A program made the position numbers and the translations under genes. Source: Bacteroidales bacterium (lineage in GTDB: Bacteria > Bacteroidota > Bacteroidia > Bacteroidales > UBA932). From it: 64,000 bases of DNA. Of this stretch, positions 17,932 to 26,064 are shown piece after piece; the first letter of the stretch is position 1, and every line of letters begins with the position of its first letter. The stretch lies in assembly GCA_041441455.1 (NCBI GenBank), contig JASDTB010000056.1:2767-66766 (forward strand), in the 5' to 3' direction. A model generated the notes under the pieces. That model was given only the letters and a program-made list of their open reading frames with translations, was not told where the DNA came from and made no database searches.

Positions 17932-20739
17932 CTAGTTTTCCGGAGCAAAGATAAATGTCATCCGATTTTTTTGAGAGAAGAGTTGTTGAGCAAATTTCTT
18001 TAGCTCTTTTGATGTGATTTTATCAAAATAGTTCTCTTCGCCAATTGTAAGGTCAACATTGCCTTTGATGCTGTTTTTTAGATCTGCAGCCCAATCGCGT
18101 TTAATAGATTTTTTCTCCTCTACACCTTTTTTAAGGTAGAGCATCACCTCTTTTACCTCTTTATCTGAGACCCCCTCGGTAGTGACTTTTTCAATCTCTT
18201 TTTGTACGATTTCTGCAAGCTCTTGTACAAGCTTAGGATCGGTGTCGAAGTCAACAGATATTCTGAATAGTGGTTGAGGATATTGAATTGTTCCAATACC
18301 AACACCAACATGATATGTGCCACCTTTCTCTTCTCTGATTGATTTCATATACCTCTCTCTAAGGATATATACAAGGAAACGAGCTTTAACATAGTTCTCT
18401 GTTGTATACTCTACTTTTCCAGAATATGATCTATAAAAACTTGCTTTAGAGCTTTTTAAATTTTTTCCTTTGTAGAATAGAGATACTTCTCCTTTGCGTA
18501 CAACAGGTTCTCTGTCTTTAAATTGAGAAGTAGGAGCTGATTTATCAGAAAGGGTCGCGATGTATTTTTCGCAAAGTGCTTTAATCTCCGAAGGTTCTGC
18601 AGGTCCAGAAAGGATATAAGTAAATTGAGACGGAGTGCAGAAGTGAGCATCATAAAGTTTGGAGATGTTTGTTATAGACGCAAGTTCTATCTCCGATGGA
18701 GTGATTTTGCCGCTGAAAGGGTAGTATGAGTATTCTAATTTTTGGCATGTGTCTTTATAGATCTCATGACTTCCAGTTGGCATGGCTAGCTCTTTTAATG
18801 TTTGAGTCTTCGAATAGGCTATATCTTTATCATCGATAGAATATTCCGACATATATAGATTTAGTAACTTGAAGAGATTTTCTGCACTTTTCTTAGTGAA
18901 AGTTCCAGAAAATTCATCGTATCTATAGTCGATAGATGGCTTTAAGGATACATTATTGGCTGCGCACCATTTTGTCATATCCTGTTTTTTGAGTCCACCG
19001 ATAATAAATTGAGAGGTGAATCTCTCCATAAAACGGGTTAGCTTCAGATCTTTTTCATCTGTTGCAGAGTAGCCCCCTTTCTTTATTGCATATAGCTTGA
19101 TATTATCTCCTTGCTCGCCACTCTTTTTGAAAATAACTTTTGCACCATTTGCTAATTGCCAAGTATAAGTTGTGTCTTTGGATATTACTTCGCTCTTTGC
19201 AGCTATAGGTGTCAGATTTTTTTCGAATTGGAGTGTTTTGTTTTTTATAGGCTCGTATTTTGGCAAGTCAGAGTCTTTAATCTCTTTCATGAATTTCAAG
19301 CACTCCTCTTTAGTTGGAAGATTAATAGAGTCTTTTTGAGGACACGCAAAGATTAGCAGACGATTGTCGGCCCTGATCATTTTTGGTGTGAATTCATTAA
19401 CTTGCTCTGTTGTAATGGATTTTAAGCACTCTGTCTGTAGCTTATATCTCTCTTCTGGAGAGATCAATGGCTCATTGCGAGTGAAGTGCTCAACTATTCT
19501 GTTAACATAGTCCTCATTCTTCTGATCTTTAGCTCTGCGGTAGTTGCTCTCTATCTGCTTTTTGACAGCAGGGATTGCTATAGTTAGCTCCTCTTTGCTG
19601 AATCCGTGTTTTGCGACTCTTTCGATCTCTGTAACTACAACTTTAGCTGCGTCAACCATTCTGTTTCCAATTGGAAGTGCTGTAATTGTAAATGTTCTCA
19701 TCGCGTAGCTTATGGCTCCAGTTGCAGGGATTGCTGCTTTTACCATTGAGTCTGCAGGAAGACGGTCACATCTGTTTTTGATCATCTCGCTAACTAAGTT
19801 TTGCATCACTTCGTCGTAGATGAGTTGCTTTGTCTGTTTTTCGGGAGTAGAAACAAATGGGTATTTAATTACGATCCTTGTTGAGTATCCTTTGCTCTCT
19901 GGGTCGGTAATGTAACCAATGATTGGCTCTGCGTTATCGGGAACCGAATAGCTCTCTCTCTTTGCAGGATTTTTTGCCTTTGGAATAGAAGAGAACATCT
20001 TTTTGATTCTGTTTTCGATATCGTTAACATCGATATCTCCAACTACTACTACTGCTTGGAGGTCTGGTCTGTACCATTTGTGGTAGTAGTCAACAAGAGT
20101 TTGAGGTTTAAATGTATTGATGATTTCGGGGAGACCGATTACGTCTCTCTCTGCAAATCTAGACCCAGTCTGTTGAATCTTGAAGATTGCCTTCATCATT
20201 CTTGTTCTCGCATCGTCGCCTCTGCGCCACTCTTCGCGGATAACTCCTCTCTCTGCCTCAATTTCTTTAGGCTCACAAGAGATGTAGTATGACCAATCGT
20301 GAAGTACTAGGAGGGCTGAATCAACGACAGTTGGTCTAACCACTGGAACCGATGATAAGTTGTAGACTGTTCTGTCCATCGAAGTGTAGGCGTTTATATT
20401 TGCACCAAACTTTACACCTATGCTTGCAAAGTATTCAAGCATTTTCTTCTTTGGATAGTGTTTTGTTCCATTGAAAGCCATATGCTCCAGGAAGTGAGCT
20501 AGTCCTCTTTGGTTGCTCTCTTCTTGAAGTGAGCCGACGTTGTGGATGATGAAAAATTCTGCTCTATTGGCAGGATTTTGTGCCTTTCTGATGTAATAGG
20601 TTAGTCCATTTTCGAGCTTACCAATTTTAATCTGTTCATCGACTGGCAGTTTGTCGCCTTTTACAAATTCTTGTGAAAAAGCAAAATGCACACTCATAAC
20701 GAGTATAAGTGTGCATAATGTTTTGTTGAAAAGGGTCAT
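17932..20739 (-). CDS. M16-family zinc peptidase, PqqL-like single chain (935 aa), secreted
   Basis: Signal peptide and inverted zincin motif HFLEHMAFNG (HxxEH). Four-domain length. Paralog of 23230-26037. Confidence 0.85.
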   Translation of the reverse strand: MTLFNKTLCTLILVMSVHFAFSQEFVKGDKLPVDEQIKIGKLENGLTYYIRKAQNPANRAEFFIIHNVGSLQEESNQRGLAHFLEHMAFNGTKHYPKKKMLEYFASIGVKFGANINAYTSMDRTVYNLSSVPVVRPTVVDSALLVLHDWSYYISCEPKEIEAERGVIREEWRRGDDARTRMMKAIFKIQQTGSRFAERDVIGLPEIINTFKPQTLVDYYHKWYRPDLQAVVVVGDIDVNDIENRIKKMFSSIPKAKNPAKRESYSVPDNAEPIIGYITDPESKGYSTRIVIKYPFVSTPEKQTKQLIYDEVMQNLVSEMIKNRCDRLPADSMVKAAIPATGAISYAMRTFTITALPIGNRMVDAAKVVVTEIERVAKHGFSKEELTIAIPAVKKQIESNYRRAKDQKNEDYVNRIVEHFTRNEPLISPEERYKLQTECLKSITTEQVNEFTPKMIRADNRLLIFACPQKDSINLPTKEECLKFMKEIKDSDLPKYEPIKNKTLQFEKNLTPIAAKSEVISKDTTYTWQLANGAKVIFKKSGEQGDNIKLYAIKKGGYSATDEKDLKLTRFMERFTSQFIIGGLKKQDMTKWCAANNVSLKPSIDYRYDEFSGTFTKKSAENLFKLLNLYMSEYSIDDKDIAYSKTQTLKELAMPTGSHEIYKDTCQKLEYSYYPFSGKITPSEIELASITNISKLYDAHFCTPSQFTYILSGPAEPSEIKALCEKYIATLSDKSAPTSQFKDREPVVRKGEVSLFYKGKNLKSSKASFYRSYSGKVEYTTENYVKARFLVYILRERYMKSIREEKGGTYHVGVGIGTIQYPQPLFRISVDFDTDPKLVQELAEIVQKEIEKVTTEGVSDKEVKEVMLYLKKGVEEKKSIKRDWAADLKNSIKGNVDLTIGEENYFDKITSKELKKFAQQLFSQKNRMTFIFAPEN

Positions 20740-22691
20740 TATTTGTTGGTTTTTAAAGTTGCACCAGGTTCTGAGAAGGTAAATTTAGGTTCTACAACCT
20801 GAATCTCTCCCTCTTTAGTTTTTACAGTCCATTTGGTTTTTGTAAGTGCCTTCCATATTTTGTCGTCATTTAAAACCTCTTGCGAGTATTTAATTCTGAA
20901 AACTGGAAGATCGTTATCGTTGAGAGCAGTTTCGATTCCAAGGAAGCCTTCTTGAAGTGAAAGGTGGCTTGAAAGATATGGAATGTTTCTAATGATAAGC
21001 GGTTTATCTAAATCTGTATAAACAATTTCATAAACAGCCTCTTTCTTGCCTGCATATTTTTCTACATTACTTTCGTATTGCTTTTTGTAGAAATGGAATT
21101 GTCTCTCTAAGAACTCTCTCTTTGAAATTGTATCTACTTTGTCTTCAATTGAGATGAATTCGAAGTCAACCTCAACCTTTTTCACTCCACCTCCATGAAC
21201 TGGCATCTGTAGCTCTTTCATCTCAACGGTGTTTTTAATAAAGTCGATATCAATAGGCTCATTGATGTTCATATAAAGTCTGACGATAAGTGGACATGCA
21301 TACTCTGTCTCAAGTCCATAATAGCCTTTTTTACTTAGTCTGAATTGCATTCCCAAATAATTTGGGTCCATCTTGTCAAACATTTTTTCGGTGCGAATAG
21401 TCACAACTTTAACTTGTTTCTCTTCTGCAGGAGGATTAGCTATTCTAAATTTCGCAGGAGTGTAGATTAATTCGCGAATCTTTTCGGGAGTTATTTCACT
21501 TGGAACGTAATAGATTTCAACAGTATGGTGCTTTACATATGTTGCAACACCATATACTCCAGGGATTTTTTGAAGTTGTGCCGAAAATGCTTTTGAACTT
21601 CCGAAGCATTTTACCGAACGTAGTCCATCTACTTGTAGCTTCTCTAGTTTATCGTATTTTGTTTTGTCACCCCACTTTTCGTCAATTGTTGGAAGCTCAT
21701 ATACAGATCCTAAGTAGAGGGCTAAAGCAAACATAACTACAGTCAGGATGGCAGGAAGCCAACGGAGATTCTTTTTTCCAGATATTGTCAGCGCAGACTT
21801 ATTACATGCTGTGATACATTCGCCGCAAAGGGTACAGTCGATGTCTTTAACAGTGTCGGTTTTGCAAACATCAATACCGTAAGGGCATTTTTTTGTGCAA
21901 AGTCCGCAGTCATTACAAAGCTCTTTATCTTTTTTGATTTTTAATATCGGGAAGATATTTGTTTCGTGGTAAACAATCTCTAGAATAAATCCAGTAATAC
22001 AGACAGCCCCCAAGATGTATACCCAAGAAATTGCCAGTCCAGATAGATTTGCTACTGCATAAAGTCCAATCAAGATAACAAATGATATGGTGAATTTGAA
22101 TACATTGCTTAGTGCTCCAAGTGGACAGATGTATTTGCACCAAAACATATCTACAACAAAGTTTCCTATAAAGAAAACTGCGATTGCAGCAATTGCCATC
22201 CATAGAGTCAACTCTCCTTGAAAGCCTGTAGCAAAGGCGTAATAAGGATCGAAGTTCTTACAAAATAGTTCGGAGCTTGAGATGGTGTAATAGAAAATAA
22301 TAAATAATAAGATGTATTTGAATGATCTTAAAATTTTGTCTGCAATTGACTTCGATTTTATTTCGAATGTCTTGATTTTTAGTTTTTTTCTAAGACGGGC
22401 TGTATATTCTCCGATAGTGCCTAATGGGCAGATATATCCACAGAATAGTTTGCTGAAGAGTATTATTCCAACAGCAAGTGCAACTCCCATCATAATTTGG
22501 GTCATTGTCATGCTGCATGCTAGAGATCCATTTACTAGATAAGAGCCTAGAGTTTCAATTCCTCCTAGAGGACAGTATGCCTCAGGATCGGCTGTCTCGT
22601 TTCCGAAGATTTTTGTAAGAAATACTATAATGGCGATTAATGTTCCCCATTGCAATATTGCTTTTGCCGGATTTTTCCACAGAGATTTCAT
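20739..22691 (-). CDS. NapH/NosR-like polytopic 4Fe-4S protein with about 320-aa C-terminal domain of unknown function
   Basis: CX3CP motifs FCGYICPLG and WCKYICPLG in TM helices, two ferredoxin motifs CNDCGLCTKKCP and CTLCGECITAC, then a TM helix and a soluble region with an HMA-like pattern lacking CxxC. Confidence 0.7.
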   Translation of the reverse strand: MKSLWKNPAKAILQWGTLIAIIVFLTKIFGNETADPEAYCPLGGIETLGSYLVNGSLACSMTMTQIMMGVALAVGIILFSKLFCGYICPLGTIGEYTARLRKKLKIKTFEIKSKSIADKILRSFKYILLFIIFYYTISSSELFCKNFDPYYAFATGFQGELTLWMAIAAIAVFFIGNFVVDMFWCKYICPLGALSNVFKFTISFVILIGLYAVANLSGLAISWVYILGAVCITGFILEIVYHETNIFPILKIKKDKELCNDCGLCTKKCPYGIDVCKTDTVKDIDCTLCGECITACNKSALTISGKKNLRWLPAILTVVMFALALYLGSVYELPTIDEKWGDKTKYDKLEKLQVDGLRSVKCFGSSKAFSAQLQKIPGVYGVATYVKHHTVEIYYVPSEITPEKIRELIYTPAKFRIANPPAEEKQVKVVTIRTEKMFDKMDPNYLGMQFRLSKKGYYGLETEYACPLIVRLYMNINEPIDIDFIKNTVEMKELQMPVHGGGVKKVEVDFEFISIEDKVDTISKREFLERQFHFYKKQYESNVEKYAGKKEAVYEIVYTDLDKPLIIRNIPYLSSHLSLQEGFLGIETALNDNDLPVFRIKYSQEVLNDDKIWKALTKTKWTVKTKEGEIQVVEPKFTFSEPGATLKTNK

Positions 22692-22708
22692 AGTTTATTG
22701 ATTTTAGG

Positions 22709-23047
22709 TTATCGTTTATTCTTTTTTGCATTTTCAGGATCTGCAGCTGCTTTCTCTCTGTATGTTTTGTATCTCTCTTCTCCAATTACTGCTGTTATTT
22801 TTTTTGGCAAGTCTTGTATTACCGCTTTAAGTTTTTCTCTATCGTCGATTACTGCATTTGCCTCTTTTTGGTAATCCATGTAAACAACAATCAGTTTGCT
22901 TGACTCTTCTGGAGTAATTTGAATGTATTTGGTCATGAATGCTACTTTCTCTTTAGCGAACACTTCGGGGGTTTTTCCGTTTTGTGCAGTTGCTGTAACA
23001 GCGAAGAGGCAAACAAAGCCTAACATAATGGCGATAAGTTTTTTCAT
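22709..23047 (-). CDS. Small secreted Lys/Glu-rich protein, unknown function
   Basis: Signal peptide MKKLIAIMLGFVCLFAVTATAQ. 112 aa. First gene of the minus-strand three-gene unit. Confidence 0.45.
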   Translation of the reverse strand: MKKLIAIMLGFVCLFAVTATAQNGKTPEVFAKEKVAFMTKYIQITPEESSKLIVVYMDYQKEANAVIDDREKLKAVIQDLPKKITAVIGEERYKTYREKAAADPENAKKNKR

Positions 23048-23101
23048 AATTTTCGGATTTTTATTTCGTATTGTTTGGCTATTTGACTGCGCATGTCGAA
23101 T

Positions 23102-23144
23102 ATGGTTTAATCATAAATTCGACTCCTATGTTCGATTAAACCAT
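23102..23144. promoter_or_regulatory. Perfect 11-bp inverted repeat ATGGTTTAATC-N21-GATTAAACCAT in the divergent M16 control region
   Basis: Arms at 23102-23112 and 23134-23144, within the 182-bp gap between the starts at 23047 (minus) and 23230 (plus). Confidence 0.4.
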
Positions 23145-23229
23145 TTATAGTTTATGTAGTCTTTATTAAAACGAAAACCGCCACCAGTAAATGTGAGTGA
23201 CGAGCATCTTCGTTTATAAACCTTAAACT

Positions 23230-26037
23230 ATGAAAAAAATAATTGTTCTGACATCTGCTATATTGCTAGCAGTGTTGAACTTAATGGCACAATCTTCTGG
23301 ATATTATACTATTCCAGAGGATAAATCTGTTGTTTCTGGCAAGCTTGCCAACGGAATGACATATTTCATAAAGAAAAATTCTAACCCTGCAGGTAAGGGA
23401 GAATTTTTTATTGTTCACAATGTTGGAGCCATCCAAGAAGAGGATAACCAAGATGGTCTTGCCCATTTTCTTGAACATATGGCTTTCAATGGTACTAAAA
23501 ACTTTCCAGGAAAGACGATGCTCGACTATCTCAATAAAATTGGGGTAAGATTCGGTTATGAGGTTAATGCCTACACATCTAAGGAGAGAACTGTATACAA
23601 CATTTCGAATGTTCCTTTAAATAGAAATTCTGTTGTTGACTCTGTATTGTTAATGCTTCACGATTGGTCTTCTTATATCACCTGCGACCCTAAAGAGATA
23701 AATAAGGAGAGAGGTGTAATTAGAGAAGAGTGGAGATTGGGAGATAATGCAAGAGGTAGAATGTATACTAACACAGCTAAAATTCTTTATACAGGTTCAA
23801 AGTTCGCTGAGCGAGATGTTATTGGTGATACTGCTGTTATAAATAATTTTGTTCCTTCTGTATTGACTGATTTCTATCATAAATGGTATAGACCCGATCT
23901 ACAAGCAATTGTATTAGTTGGAGATTTTGATGTTAAAGAGATTGAGAAAAAAGTTGTGTCACTGTTCTCAAAGATTCCAAAAGTAGCTAAACCATCTGCG
24001 AAAATAAATTATTCAGTTCCTCAGAATGATAAACCAATTTTGGGATACTTTACTGACCCTGAGTCAAGAGCATTGTCAGTAAAGTTATATTATAAACATA
24101 AAGCGCCTACAGCCGAATTAAAGCATTCTACAAAGAGTATTCATGATAAGTTGGCTATTACGCTTGCTGTAAATATGCTTGGTAAGAAGCTTGATATTGC
24201 GAAAGATAAACCAGGAGCATTGTATCGCACCGCAGTTGCAGTAACCGGCGACGGCAATGGCGATATGAATTACATTCAGATGACTGTCTCACCAATCGGG
24301 AAAAACCTCAAGGACGCTTTTAAAGGTTTGGTAACCGATATGAAGAGAGTGAAAAAATATGGTTTTTCTGAAAAGGATCTTGCATTATCTAAAGAGGACA
24401 TGCTCAAAAAGAATGCAGTGAATATTAACTCAATGGCAGACTTAAAGAACGGACAGTACGTTGAGTATATTGTTAGACACTTCACTCAAGATGAACCATT
24501 AATTACAGACAGAGAGCGTCTACAGTTGGAGCGTAAGATCTTAGAAGAGATTACACTGAATGATATTAACTCTTCTTTAAATAGAATTTTTCCAGATAGC
24601 AACAGAGTATTTGTATTTGCAGGAAATATTGCAGATAAAGAGACTTTTCCTTCTGAGTCTTTCGTTTTATCCGAGATCTATAAAGACATTGATAAAACAT
24701 TGACTCCTTTTGAAGAGCATGCAATTGCAAAGGATTTATATGATTTTTCAAAGATTTCTGCTGGAAAGATTATTGAAGAAAAGGCTGCCAATCAGTTTGG
24801 ATATAAGGAGTGGAGACTATCCAACGGTCTAATTGTTTATTGGGCTCCAAATAATGAAAATGGGGCGAAGATTCATATCCATGGTGAGTCAGATGGAGGT
24901 TTAATTCATATGTCAACAAATGATCTTACTAAAGGTAAGATGATCAGTAATATTTCAAGGATAAAGGGTTTAGGTAATTTGAACGATAAAGAGCTTAAAG
25001 CATTTATGATCGGTAAGACTTCTGGTGTTTTTTATAGTATCGGAAGAGATGCGAAAGTGCTAGATGCCTCTTCTGAAAAGAGTGATGCTGAGTTGTTGAT
25101 GAAACAAGTCTATTTAAACTTTACTAAGCCAGTATTTGACTCTCTTTCATATGTGAAATTTATTGATCGCCAGAAGGAGATGATGAAAGATATGTCTGAA
25201 GAGATAATTTATATGGATAGTGTTACAAACTTTATTTACTCTGGTAGCCCTATTGTAAAGAGTCTTAAGTCAAAAGACTTAGAAGGTCTCGTATACAACG
25301 AAGTTGTTGATTACTACAGAAAAACTATGTGCAATGCAACAGGATTCAAATTTGTATTTTCGGGACCTATTTCTGAGAGTGATGCTAAAATATTGGTTGA
25401 GAGATATTTGGCTACACTACCTGTTCTCCCTGTCAATTTGAAAGTTATCAATTCTTCCCCTATTTATGCAAAAGGGTGTAAAAATATGACATTTAAGTCT
25501 AAAACAGCCACTACGCCTAGAACTGTGATTTCGGTATTGTATTCTGGAGATATGAAATATAGTGCTGAAAATTATATTAAACTTTCAATTTTAAGATATG
25601 TTTTGTCTGACAGATATTTAAACAGCATACGTGAGGAAAAAGGTGGTGCTTACTACGTTTCAGTAGCAGATCAGGTGTTTGTAAAACCGCAGAATAGAGT
25701 ATCTTTGAGAGTTGATTTCGAAACTGATCCAAAATTAAGTTACGATTTGTTAGCACTTGTTCAAAGTGAGATCGATAAAATTGTAAAGGAGGGGCCAGAG
25801 CAAAGATCTGTTAATGATGCAGTTCTATTTATGAAAAAGAAGTTTGGTGAGGCGGAATCGAAAAAGGCTTTCAATGAGGCAAGATTTACGAGCATGCTGT
25901 TTGAAGGTGTTGACCTGTATGATGGATATGTAAAAATGTTGGAAAAGATTACACCAGCCGACTTAAGAAAATTTGCCGCTGAATTGTTTAAGCAAAACAA
26001 TAAATTGACTATGATAAAAGAACCTGAAACGAAATAA
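23230..26037 (+). CDS. M16-family zinc peptidase, PqqL-like single chain (935 aa), secreted
   Basis: Signal peptide and HFLEHMAFNG (HxxEH). Long stretches align with the 17932-20739 product, for example HNVGxxQEExNQxGLAHFLEHMAFNGTK. Confidence 0.85.
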   Translation: MKKIIVLTSAILLAVLNLMAQSSGYYTIPEDKSVVSGKLANGMTYFIKKNSNPAGKGEFFIVHNVGAIQEEDNQDGLAHFLEHMAFNGTKNFPGKTMLDYLNKIGVRFGYEVNAYTSKERTVYNISNVPLNRNSVVDSVLLMLHDWSSYITCDPKEINKERGVIREEWRLGDNARGRMYTNTAKILYTGSKFAERDVIGDTAVINNFVPSVLTDFYHKWYRPDLQAIVLVGDFDVKEIEKKVVSLFSKIPKVAKPSAKINYSVPQNDKPILGYFTDPESRALSVKLYYKHKAPTAELKHSTKSIHDKLAITLAVNMLGKKLDIAKDKPGALYRTAVAVTGDGNGDMNYIQMTVSPIGKNLKDAFKGLVTDMKRVKKYGFSEKDLALSKEDMLKKNAVNINSMADLKNGQYVEYIVRHFTQDEPLITDRERLQLERKILEEITLNDINSSLNRIFPDSNRVFVFAGNIADKETFPSESFVLSEIYKDIDKTLTPFEEHAIAKDLYDFSKISAGKIIEEKAANQFGYKEWRLSNGLIVYWAPNNENGAKIHIHGESDGGLIHMSTNDLTKGKMISNISRIKGLGNLNDKELKAFMIGKTSGVFYSIGRDAKVLDASSEKSDAELLMKQVYLNFTKPVFDSLSYVKFIDRQKEMMKDMSEEIIYMDSVTNFIYSGSPIVKSLKSKDLEGLVYNEVVDYYRKTMCNATGFKFVFSGPISESDAKILVERYLATLPVLPVNLKVINSSPIYAKGCKNMTFKSKTATTPRTVISVLYSGDMKYSAENYIKLSILRYVLSDRYLNSIREEKGGAYYVSVADQVFVKPQNRVSLRVDFETDPKLSYDLLALVQSEIDKIVKEGPEQRSVNDAVLFMKKKFGEAESKKAFNEARFTSMLFEGVDLYDGYVKMLEKITPADLRKFAAELFKQNNKLTMIKEPETK

Positions 26038-26064
26038 ACAATTAATAACCTAAATAATAACACA

